From Trichoplax sp. H2 (taxonomy: Eukaryota): a stretch of DNA of 64,000 nucleotides. Below the pieces are notes generated by a model that was not told the origin of the DNA, did no database searches, and saw only the letters and a list, made by a program, of their open reading frames with translations. This document shows, in pieces, positions 38,112 through 50,797 of the stretch. The stretch covers positions 62,001 to 126,000 of the forward strand of contig NOWV01000158.1 of the NCBI GenBank assembly GCA_003344405.1, in the 5' to 3' direction. Within the stretch, counting starts at the first letter, position 1; each line of letters opens with the position of its first letter. Position numbers and translations under genes: made by a program.

Positions 38112-39447
38112 ATGACGACAACCAACGTTCAGATATATAAATACACAGAAAGAGATCCCCAGAACCATGAAGAGTCCGCTACAACCGTTGCAGGAAATGC
38201 TACTTACAGTGATCCAAATATTCGCTTAAAGGAACTTGGAATTGTTTTCAATAATAATTATGAGTCAGGGTTTTCCTCAATAGCTATCGAAAATACCAAC
38301 TGTAACAATCCAATTCATCAGGTACAATAAAAATTATTATTGATGACGTTCCCGAAAATGTAATCTGTAAATCAAATGTCTGTTTTACAGCCTACTAGGA
38401 CTATAGCAGATGTGACAGTACCCCAATCAGGGCAAAATCATCGAATTTGCCTACTTTGCAAGTTTGTAATTGGTTTTGCTTCCGTGCAAATTCTCATAGC
38501 GATATTGGGATTAATAATTAATCCTTGTCCAATTGGTTCACTTTCAATAAGCTTAAATTTGTATTATGTTACATATTGGACTGCAGGACCAGTAAGTCAA
38601 TTTAACGATAAATTGTGTAGGAACATCTAAATTCATTTTAATTAAGATGATGGAAAACTTTATCAATTATCATGCATTGCATCGTGATCTGAAATGTTCA
38701 TGTGTCCACAGGTCTTGATATTAGCTATTGTTGCTTTGATAATCAATAAAAAGGAACAACAAAGTAGCAGAAATGTAAGAAAATGATATTTCTATCTGTC
38801 ATACCTACAAGATTGATCAGATAAATACAGAAACTTGTTTTAGAAAAAAGCTCTTGAATTTCAAAATATTTTCTGTCATGAAGGATAAAATATTGTTTAC
38901 TAAAGGGCAACTAAAGACATTCTGCCCAAATTATAGCATAATTTTTAGAGATAGCCTAGTTTGATGCCGGAATTATAATTCCAAATTGACCTTAGAATAT
39001 GAAGCTGCTGTATCAGACTATTTGTTTCTTAATCGTCAGGAGATAATATCATCTGGAATTAAATATTACTGTAGAAAGATAATTTCACGTGTAGTATCGA
39101 TACGCTAGACATGATTGCATCCAGATTGAAGAAACTAAAAGATTTCTTGATATTATTTTATTGACCAGGTTAAAATTCAAAGCTGGCTGGTGGTCATAAT
39201 TATCTTATGTTTGTTAGGACAAGATGCCATTTTAGGAACATTTCTCTACGGATTAACTAGATTTGGAATTAGTTGGTTTTGTAACGGCATTTTAAGCCGT
39301 TCGATGTTTATCGGCTTTAATATTGGTGTATTAGTTATTCAATTTTCAGTAGGTATGTTTTACTGCTATTTTAGCCTTTTGGTCGCAAAATCATTGAAAT
39401 TTCGTTCGTTGCCACAATCAAGTATTCAAAGAGCATCGGTAAAATGA
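38112..39447 (+). CDS. Four-transmembrane CD20/MS4A-like protein (paralogue 1), ~250 aa
   Basis: Exons 38112-38321, 38391-38591, 38712-38774 (63 nt) and 39169-39447, all phase 0 with GT-AG. Hydrophilic N-tail, then TM1 FVIGFASVQILIAILGLII, TM2 YYVTYWTAGP|VLILAIVALII, TM3 WLVVIIILCLLGQDAILGTFLYGL and TM4 FIGFNIGVLVIQFSVGMFYCYFSLLV. The G..QI.I....G and YW..P pattern resembles the CD20/MS4A family. The gene model is more secure than the family call. Confidence 0.7.
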
Positions 39448-42400
39448 ACGTAAACGAATATATTACAACCTCAGTAATTGAATTTTTCCATAGTCATGAT
39501 GGCTATACTTTCGCAAATTAAACTTGTTTTATTCTTATAGGAGCCTCCATCAGAACTACATTGTAATGATTGTGCATATTCGGTACTCTCTGACTTGTGT
39601 TGCATTGGTAAAACCTCGTAAATATCTGTAAAACTGCATCAATTCTGCTAAAAATTTTACAAATATGAGTAGATCGATCATTATGCTTTACTATTTCTGA
39701 GTTATTGTACACGAAGTATTGCAATATGTTCGATGATGAGTAATAGCATAATTAACTTAACGCTGCTGCTAAAGATGCAAATATCTTACAGAAATAATCA
39801 TTTAGTGCTAGAAAATCATTTCATCTTTTACTTTTTCCTAACTAAAAATGAATAACTTACCGTAGTAATAATTAAGTTATAATATGTAAGTTCTGCACGA
39901 TAGCTGACAAACAATTGATTACGTACGGCTTAAAATTTGCCTTTCATACACTTTATCAGGCTAAATTGTAAGGTGAAATTATCTGAATATAAGGTATTAT
40001 TGCAATAAAATATAGGTTAGTTCGAAAGGAAAATGTTGTAAAAAGTTTAATGGAGAAATTTTTGAACAAAAATGATTCTATTTTCGTGAAAAGAGGTCCA
40101 TCATCATAGGACATTATTTTGTATAAACATTTTGTGGAAGGAAATTTCTATAAACAGTTTGTTGATTACGAAGATTTTTTCTCCTATTGGGATGGTAGAG
40201 AAAAAAATCAACAGATTGTCAACTCCAAGGATTATATCTCCTTCGTGGATGATAGAGTTTATCATAAATGCGACTATTTTACGATCATGAGATTACAAGA
40301 GTCTCCCAATTCCTATAGATTTACAATTTAGAATATATTATACCCACTGAAAATTTCGCAGTTATTATAAATTTCTACGAACTAAAATTAACTTATTTAT
40401 TTTACTGGAAATATGACTAACGCTTACTTTTTATTGGCAAATTTAAAATCAAACTCTCTTATTTTTAGCTTATTCCGTATTTGATTGCACTTCAGCAAAA
40501 CCTGCCTACAATTACAGTCAGAATTGCAGTTTATCTTATAATTCCACGATATATAATTGTGTATCGTTGTATTTGGATTATTACTGCCTCAGTTTCGTAT
40601 ATTTATTTTCGTTACTTTCAATACCGGGCTGAGTAAAATTAAAAATTATTCTCTTTTATAGTATACAATTGAGAAATTTTACGTGCTATACTATAGTCGT
40701 GATGCATCCTATATTAGAATATATTGAAGGTTACATTTGGTGTAGTTAGGTTTCTAGAATAGATATTATTGTGATACTTATATTAGTTATCGACTAGTAC
40801 TGCAATTTTATAATATAAGCTTTACGATAATATCTCTTCTTAGAAACCTAACCAGATCAAATACAAGTATAACTATCAAAGCAATCCAACATGGGGTGCA
40901 TTACGACAACAACAGGTACCATGTTATTGACGCCTATCTTAACATCAAATATTTTACTGCAAAGCAGCTTGTTGGAGGGTTATTAGTGAAATTTTACGCT
41001 ATCATATCATCAGCAAATGATCTGAAATTGGACAGGAAACCGATCATTTGTATAATGATCACAAAAAGTGGATGAAAGGGCCAAGATGTCGGAATGATTA
41101 CGAATATAAGGAATATTCTTATGTAATACTAGTAATTCCAATGAAAATTGCTAGGGACTACTTTTGCAATCATAACGTTGAATAAAATGCAACTATAAAT
41201 GATTTCCTAAATTAAAACTTGTTTGCTTTAATCACAACTGTTTTATTAGTACACATGCTGCATGTACATTGAAACTGAAATCATTTTCATCTGTAGTAAA
41301 TAAGATTTACAAAGAAGTAAAAAGTAGTAGCCGCGTCCAGTAGTGATATTTTTTATATATTGGCATCGGAAAGTTTATGGTTCGGCTCGTCGGTACGAAA
41401 TCTAAAAGCTAGATCCAGGTTCTGCTGCTACATTGCTGATCTTAGTATTATTTTTAAACTTTGACGAATTTCCACTTAATTACTGTAGATTCCTACATAC
41501 ATTAACCATATTTAAGTTTTCGAATAATTCCGATAAACTGACTTTGATGGCCGTACCAAAAAATATACAAATAACTCAGACCATGATTAGCTTTCTGAAT
41601 CAGTTCCTAAAATACAGTCATTGTGTAGACCATGCTTATTACCTAGGATCCTCTATTATAGCAGATCTTGACTAATAAACTCTGACGCATTAAATTGGGT
41701 ACATTTGTTATATTTATTTCTCATCTCTATTTTTTAGTAATGCAATCATCCGATAATTATCCAAGATAGAAGCAAAGTTCAGACTTAGTCATAGAATTTG
41801 TGGAAAATTAAAATTATAGGAAATTTTACAAAGAGATCGATTAATACGTTATTTGAAGGATGCTATTATTTAGAAACCATATTATAATATATGCTTTCAT
41901 CTTTATTTTTCGTCTAGAGAGAATTCTGTCCAATTTTTCAGTATAATTTCTATCTTATAGCTAACTAGCAACCTCGTCAGCTAAGACATAGCTTAGGTAA
42001 AGTTAAAAATTGTTTAATCGTATTCTCTGCTGATCAGGTATGTAATTTAGTTCGTATTGCAACTGATTCTTTATTAAAAATTATGGATTTGGATTTGATT
42101 TTTTTTATGTTCGAGTAAGTGTATTTAAAATATCCAAAACAAGATAAAAATTGTGTATCCTATTTAGATTCTTGAGAAATTTTATTGTACTTGTTTTTTT
42201 GAGTCGAGAAGAACTTTTTTGTTAGGTGATATAGGCTAAATCTTTTTGGTGCTTTTTTATCATCAAGTCATTTCATCTAGACAAGGCAAAATTGGAAGCG
42301 AGTCTTTCTTTTGTATAATCTTTAATCCTGTCTACTATTGAATTTAGCATTATTTAGATTTCTATAGTAGACTTTTCCTCTGCTTTAAAGAGATGACAGA

Positions 42401-45029
42401 TTAAATAGTTTATAGATATAACCTATTATATCACATTTTAATTGAACCTAAATTATAGTAATCAAGTAAATCTTGTATGAGAAATTGTTAACTGTGCATA
42501 ACCAATTCTGTGAAAGGGTATAAAAGGGCGAGCAAATGCTCAGTCCGAGAGTTGGTTGGTAGATAGGGAACTGAACGGTATTGATCAATCTTCTAATAAA
42601 TAACTATACTAGCCTTATAGAACAGTCTTGTTCTTGTGTGTCAATCAAGTAGTCTAGCACCATCGCACGTTAGATCTCCAGTAGTAGTCGGGCGAATGAG
42701 TAATCTAATAGTCTAGTTTAATGGATCATGAAGACAATTTGATACTGGATCATTTCCTTTTAATGAAATTTGATGTAATTCATTGGAGGAATAAATTTCA
42801 GAATTGATAGGGTCTTTAAAACTGGATAAACTAAATAGTTTATAAATATAATCAGCTATTTAGTAATCTAGTCATTGCATGCGAGAATAAAATTATCCAA
42901 CCATTTAATAACCTAATCATTAGGCAAACGAAAATTATATTATTAGATCATTGCTTGACTGCAAAACCTGATGCTCACATTCGTACAAATTATATGTACG
43001 TTACAATTATGCGTTAGTAATCTTGAATATTCCTAGAGTATATAATTTTTTGCTTTCATTTATACTTTTAAATTTTTTGATAATATTTTCTTTCTCTATC
43101 GTAAATAAGAGATAGGTTAAATCATTTCACGTCCTGCCTATAATATATTAGCCTGGTAGATACGTTTCCTTCATTTCTTAAAGCTTAATTTAATCTTAAC
43201 GTACAAAACAGATATCTAATCTAGATTGCTGAATCATAGCATAAATAGGGCTTGCGACAGTTTACAGTGATAAAAATTACGCCTAAAATGATGTCATTAA
43301 AAATTTAGTTACGTCGCTCCTAAGTATGCAATTCATCATGTAGTGATCTTCTCGTTATATATTGACTTGATTACTTAATCATTAACTTTTAAACAATTAG
43401 ACGTTTTGAATACATATGTATCATTTACTTCGGGCTAAATAATACCTTCAACAGCAGATAAAGTAAATAGTTAACAAAAATAGTTTATTATGTAATAAGA
43501 CAACAAACCTATAAACTGGATTGTCAGGTTATCCAATTTTTTTGCAGTTTGACATAGCTCATAGTAAGTTGTATAGAGTGTCTAATGTTAAAGTTTTATT
43601 ATACTGTACTTTAAGCATATGCTCGCATTATTTTGTTTTCATGAACATCCTTTAATTTCATGATTCAGCCCTCCGTGGTAACAGTTCTTATCCTTTGTAG
43701 AAAATTAGAGGAGTTATATAATTTCAAATATCATGTGCTCTATAATATTCTAATTGAGCCTTTAATGAATTGTTAGATCGTCAGACCTAGGCGTAATTTG
43801 AAATATTGGCAGTCGTATAAATTATGTTTCTAATGATATCTTAATAAAGTTGTTTACTAGACAAATTATAAAGTTTATCCAGATGAATTAAATACAAAGA
43901 TTTCAATTTATTATATACTGATTGTTAGGTTTTTTTCGTTATTTGACATAGGCTAGCATCATCATGCATTCAGGCTCAAGAGGTAAAGTGAATAGATATT
44001 TTATAGCCTTGCAGCTTGATTTCTTCCATCGCTGCGATGGTATTACGTAGCTAAATATGTTTTACTTCTATAGATTCCACCTGAGCTTTGTAATGATCTC
44101 ACATTTATGGTCCTCTCTTTTTTATGTTGTGTATTTTCATCAAAGTAGATGTTCAAATACAAGTAGGATTATCAATAGTTATGTTATGTTCAATTGATTT
44201 CCATATTAGGGATTATTACTGGTTATGTTCACCATTTTAGGGATACTGTCATTAGATTATGTTTTAAAACATATTTGCTGTTGTCGTGGTTTCATTAACT
44301 TACCTTACAAATATAGAGTATTGATGTGTTAATTGCAATGGTATAAAAAGGAGAAAAGATAGAGAAAAAAAGGAGACTTTGGCTGATGTTAAATTTGAAT
44401 AAGTCATTAAGTTGCTCGTTTGCAATTTGTTATTTGTTGTTACTCGTTGGTAATGTGAAAGTAAAGGAGATTATTTCAAGTTTGACTTGCAGTCGTGACC
44501 GATTAGATCATGTCTTCAGCATTTAGGATTGATATCTTATGGTTGTTAATATACCCATATATGATTATGACTAAGTGATATCTATGCTGTAAGATTTATG
44601 ACTATCTAAGCTGATCAGGTCATAAGTAGTGTAATGTAATTTTATTCTTCAATTCTTTCTTATCCTGTCTGTTGCTCTGTATGAAATCATACTCTCTATG
44701 ATGCGATCTTCCTGTAAGTGTTGTCTACCAGTACTCTACCGCTGAGTGAAGTAGTTCAGTACTCCCTATGCCAGAGTTGCTACTTCTACATCTTCTGTTT
44801 AGCAATTGAAGCGATGGTATGATCTGCTGCTCTGAATGTCCGCTGCCTCCTTCTGATCAACTAGTATTTCACGTTTATCTTTCTTAACCTAAAATGAGGT
44901 ACCTTTACATCATCAATTCTTAATATACACGTAAAATGTCTTTTAAGCGTTAAATAGTACTATTTTATAATTCATGTGTAAACATTTAAGTTAGTTCATG
45001 ATCTATTTTCGCGATATAACGATTCACCT

Positions 45030-45416
45030 GAGGGGCAGGATGTAGTGTTATTAATTGTTACAAACCTTCGTCTAGTAGAGGCTAGTGTGCAGGTAATGAG
45101 TTTAGACTCAGAGTCTTTCTATTTACTTTATTTTAGATAGTAAGAATTTTATATCTAGCCTGTTTAGCTGTTAGCACATGTACAAGAAGAGTTTAATACT
45201 CTTATCTAACTTATCTTCGCTTCTTCCTATCATTCTTATACTAGAATGGATAAAACAAAATCTTCTCTGATAGAAGGATGAACAATCATACATAATAAAA
45301 AACGACTTTTTCTAGGCTGCTTTCTGTGCAGATCTTTGCTGCATTATTGATGAGGAATTGCCTCATATGTACGAACTCAAACTTGTGGTTAATGTAATTT
45401 TATAGTAACATCAACA
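45030..45416 (+). mobile_element. Polypurine tract followed by LTR-like sequence (3' end of a decayed LTR retrotransposon)
   Basis: GAGGGGCAGGA (45030-45040) directly abuts TGTAGTGTTA (45041), with the same first 8 nt as the solo LTR at 34909. AATAAA at ~45294. Candidate right end TAACATCAACA (45406-45416) is an imperfect inverse of the left end. Confidence 0.5.
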
Positions 45417-45417
45417 C

Positions 45418-45902
45418 GGGTAATTCACTGTTTATACAAATAGTAATAAATCCAATTGCTACATTTTTATTTTAAGCTATACCTTTAGAATGATTGAATG
45501 ATGAATTTTCCCAGCTTAGGATATCCTTCGAAGTATAAAAGGAGATGTAGTCATTAAACTGATTGATCTAATCAATAATTTTATAGTTGATCTTTGTATC
45601 TCATATTTGTATCATTATGCAAGAATAATGAAACATATTCGACTTTATAGAAAAATGATAAATTTATTCATTACGTACTTAATTTATTAACATGAAGCTT
45701 AGTGTGATTAGATAATAAATATTCCCCGAATTTAAACGTCTCAGGATCCTGGGTGTTTTATTATTTATGCAAATAGTAATAAATCGAATGATTACGTTCT
45801 TATCTAAGCTACACCTGTGGTATGACTGAACAATGAGTATTCCAGCTTAGGGTATCTTCGAAGGTATAAAAGGAGATGTACTTTTAACTGATTGATTTAA
45901 TT
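45418..45902. repeat. Two diverged ~155-bp direct repeats, each with a TATA box
   Basis: ~45418-45572 vs ~45751-45902 share caaatagtaataaatc, taagcta.acct, ccagcttagg.tatc.ttcgaag, tataaaaggagatgta and aactgattgat.taat. Confidence 0.75.
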
Positions 45903-48900
45903 TTACCTTCTGTCAAAAGCCCGGCCCAAGGATAAATGACAGACTAGATTAAGAGTGAAGGCTATTTGATTCCCGTTTATGTATATTTGATCTTACTGCT
46001 AGTAAATAAGCGATACTTTTGGTAATCAAGGCATTATTTTATTTAAGCACTGCATACGCGTATATCTGTACTAATAAAAGCGTGCAAATTATGAAATAAC
46101 AAGTCAACTACCGTACCTTACAGCCGATGAAAAATTTCATTCAGCTTTGATGGACCAAACCTTTTGGAAGTTGTAAATAAACCTTTTAAAATGTCGATCT
46201 TTCAAACAGCTGTTATTGTTATGAGTCTGCAGATTAGTGAACAAACTGATAAAAGTTATGGGTAGCAATTGATTAGGCAATGCGATCATTGATAATATTG
46301 GAAGTCTGGAAAAAATCATTAATATAGCGTACCGAATTCAAATTCTCCATCAAATGTTGTAATTCTACGCTATAGGTACTTCTGCTAGTCGTTACATTGA
46401 AAATGATGACTGTTAACGATTCTTTGCCTGAAATCAGATACTTTTACTTTACGAACAAAATCACTTAAACCAACAAGCTAGAACTGAAAACTACCTTGCA
46501 CGCTACACGTTACGCTCTTATGTCGTTTTGCAGCCGGAAGATTACAGACTATACAGTACCGATAAGATGATTGTTTACAGAATAAGTTTAGTCATAAACA
46601 TCTCAACAATTTTAAAGACGTATTTTAATATCACCTTTTGATTATATTAAAAGCTTCAAGCTAAAATTCGGCTGTCAAATGCATAAGACTAATACCTACT
46701 GAACTGTCAATTAATTAAAAACTAAATATTATAAAATCATTGCGGTTTTATTTTTATTATACAAGATTCGCTTCGACTTTAAATGTAATCGCCTAAATTT
46801 TATTTGTTTAGCTTCGTAATTTTAAATACTGACCGGTGCAAAGCCAAGGTAGTATCTTTCATCGAGCTGTTGCGTAAGTCTCGCATACTTCTTAACTTTC
46901 TACGCGTACCTCAATTTATTCAATAATTGTTTCGTATAATGTTTAATTTTGATATTTAAAATGAACACATTAAAATAAATCTTGTATTTTACAATATATT
47001 TAATTAGGCAATGAATGAATTTAATACCTATGTTTTTATAAAATATGTTGGACATGCTAATAATTAAATCTTTAATACTAAAATAGTTTACGCTTACAAA
47101 TATCTTTGAATAAAACCGTTAGAGAATATAGCAAATTTTTATCACCACGTATAGCTCTTACTTTAAGAAATTTTATTGATGAAGTTAGGCTTTTATCATC
47201 CAATAGCAGACCATTAGATCTACCTTCTCTCTGATGCAGCTATGTCTTTTCTAGTCGCCTTGTTTACGAAAAATGTTTTTCAATTTTTTTTCAACGTTGA
47301 AAATTATCACACCATTTTTCATCTTAACTGCGATCATTTTAATAACGCTCGAGTTTCTAAAAATTTCCTACAATTTTGTGATTAACTAATTTTGAGTAAA
47401 TTTTAGTTGTTCAGACATTATATTGTTATGATCGTTACGTTTAGTCGGAGCTCTGTAAGCAGTTCCAGCAGGTGAACTTCATTTCGACAGCATTAAGAAG
47501 TTCCTATATTTTTCTTACGAATCATATTCACCATTTTGTATATCATTTACTGTGTACTATTCAATGTTTGAAACTCTTATTTGAGATTAAACGATGAACC
47601 AGTAATGAATGTTGAAAAATATTTGGTTTATCGTTTCTGTCATAATTACACTTCTGGCTCTAGGCGTCTTAGCAAACATAAGGTACAGTACTTTATTTTA
47701 TTTTTATTTCTATTCATTAAATGTATTAGTAATGTGGTTAAACGTAGTTGGAATCGGGTCATTTAGGCAATTTTAATGAGATGTCGTGACCTTATTATGA
47801 ATTTGTTAAATTACTTGAATGTGCAGTAAAATCGTAAAGACATCATTTATTCATCACCAGATAACTACTTTAAATGAAATATGGCGTTTTAAAGACTTTT
47901 TAATGTATTTTTATTGTGCAGTAATAAGTCCAATTATGATTTTTCAGTAGAATAAACTTTTACTGCTAGCATTAAAGATTTTACTAATTGCGCAAAGAAA
48001 ATTAAAGATTTACAATCTTTACATGTAAGCGTTGTAATTAATTAAACCTTTACTAGGATATACTTGTGGTATAACATCGGATATCTTCAAATTTAAACAA
48101 TTCAGTACTCTATCAAAAGTGATAATCGAACGATAAAATGAGAGTCTAGAAAGACTTCAGTAATATGTATTCTTATTTGGAAAAGCGATTTTATTAATAT
48201 AGAAAGTAAGTACTTCATTCGAATAATAATAAAATATTTTTATAATTTTATTTCTTCATTAATACCGACACTTCTTACTAATATTTATTACTTTCTTACA
48301 TACGGCAGTCTTGCAGCACAATTTTATCCTAAAAATTACGTTACTGAGTTACGGAATTTATCAAATATTAATCCAGTGAGAATTAAAAATAGTTTAATTA
48401 GCCTTGATGATTCACATTTAACGATGCTACTATTAACATCTAGTGCATGGTGAGCTGTCATGATAGCAGCATAATAAAGCTAATTTAAATTTTATTGTTA
48501 TAATTAAAAATCCTTTATTTTAAGATCTCCTTTGACAAATTTATTTGCCTTTGATTGTTTGCATAAGCAGAGTGGCATTTTCAGCTATTCAAATACAATT
48601 TATTTCATCATAGTTATTTCATATCGTAAAAATTGATGATATGATTATCAATTATCCAATTCCAAAGTCATTAAAATATAGATCTTGTTTTCAGGCATTG
48701 AACACCATGATTCAATGAGGTTAATGCCTAGTACGTGCTACAATCGTTGTTTGATGCACACGGGTATCAATGCTAAAATGAAATCGTCGGGACAACTTTG
48801 GGACGTTTAGATTCTGCTTTAGAGTACAGCATATCACATTGATGCAAAAAGCTAGAAAAGTAGGAGGTTATGCAGTAATATTTGGGAAAGGTTTTGGTAA

Positions 48901-50589
48901 TAATATTAGTACCTAATTTTAGTACCTCGGTTTCGTTGTCTTTCATAACTGGATAGTAAATGACACAATTCTTAACTCCTTTCATAAATGCAATATTAAT
49001 TATTATAATAGGCTAATGGAAATTGTTTAGTAAAATTGCAATACTATTGAGTAGATATCTAATAACGTATCTGATATGTAAATTCTTTGTAATTTAGTAA
49101 TCTGTTAGCGATTAAAGGATAACCCTTACGTCTCAAAAATATGTTGTCTCTACGATACCAAAGAAGCAGCATGTATACTATACTCGGTCTAATTATCAAA
49201 TTGTCATGATACTGAGGAAATGTAAATCCAGTTAAAGTTATATCTTAATTTTTATCATTCTTTGTTAGATAAGCTCATTTCAATTTCTAAAGTTAAGATT
49301 AATCGCTTGGCATTGGGGTTACTTTATCTAATAGATTTTAGCAAATGTACTATTTATCATCTAATCTAACCCATTGTGTCTCACTCCGTATACTTATACC
49401 TGTATATCAAGTTTGTGCTAACCAACTTTGTGTCTAAGTTGTTTTTATACTTTACCAAACTTTCAATAATCCTTTCTTAATTATTTATCGACTGTACGAG
49501 TATGCATTGTTTGATATCAATGTTCATAGAGAGCGAAATTAACCTCACTAAAAAATTACTTTCCATTTCCAGTCCTTTATTGCAATTTAAATCGGCCTAT
49601 CAGTTTTATGCATTCTTTAAGCTCTCGAGTAATTACAATTTTATTATGCATAGGATTTTCAGTTTTAGGGCTATCTAAAATTGAATCATTATCTTGCATT
49701 ATTGTTAAATTTTTAATGTGTGATGACTGACGCAAATTTAAATACGTGTATTTTTACCTCACTTACCTTTCTTTAATACATAATTATCATTAGGGTGACT
49801 GTGACGATATAATAGTTTTCTCTGTAGCTTCATTGAATCAACTGTATATTCCCACTGATCATTATTGACATTCAATTACTGTTATATCTCGACGATAGGT
49901 ATCTTATGCCAGTATTGACAATTTTAGAAATTGCATTTAAGCTATCATCAATTATTTTGTCAAAATAGTTTTCTAGATTATGTCATCTGGATAATCTTGT
50001 TTCTTATCCACCTGGATTACCAAATTTGTTTTTGACACTAATATTCTATTGTTATATGAATTAGTGTATAGAAGATAATCTAGTATACTAAAAATACTCT
50101 GTTTAAATTTTTTCAGCAGGTAATTTAATTGACTTTATATGAACCTGGTTTCCATTTGACGTATCGTGCTGTGTTACAGCTAATATCAAAATGGCTTTGG
50201 CATTAGTCTAGGATACTGATATATTTTTTGCTATTCTCATCAATTGTTTAAACTTATTTCCAATGCTAATCATTAATAATAGGCACTAGGAGAATGTCAT
50301 TATTATCTTAAGCACATCTTATATCTAATTGATGATAATAGCCAGCATGAACACGTGATAAGATGAATCTTGTGATAGGTATTGTTGAGATAGTCTATTT
50401 GTATTGGCTAATTAACAAATGGATAGATCGAGTATTTTCTTATTTGGCTCCTTAGCTCAATTCAATTACAGCACTTGTTCCATTTAAGGTTATAAACCGA
50501 TCGATCGATCACGTTCTTCTATCTAGTATTCTATTCTTGCGCAATTTACCTTAGGACTTTGTTCATTTGTCTGTATATTCTTTTCTCTG

Positions 50590-50797
50590 GCTTCATGCAA
50601 TCCTCCAGTTTCGTCGACCATAAATGGTAATATTAGTTTTGAAAAGAGAATCTTGTTTGGATCGATAGCTAAATAGTTATTGATATTATCTTATCACTGG
50701 CGATATAATGTTATATAAAATGGAAGTGGGTAATCGAGTTTACGGATAGTCGGTTGAGATCTCCTTGAAAGCCATATTGCGAATTGATCATCGTGAG
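50590..50797 (+). pseudogene. Decayed Sushi/CCP-domain exon
   Basis: ASCNPPVSSTINGNISFEKRILFGSIAK* (TAG where Tyr is expected), then in shifted frames YKMEVGNRV, G*(W) and KPYCE. This follows the C-x-PP...NG...FGS.A.Y...W...P.C pattern. It is preceded by a pyrimidine tract with a mutated acceptor (ctgg) and followed by a GTAAGA donor. Confidence 0.55.

Noticed and set aside
42402..42853. ~22-bp near-identical direct repeat (taaatagtttata.atataa) ~430 bp apart, as a possible TSD
   Set aside because: Very AT-rich; no poly(A) tail or other retroposon hallmark between the copies.
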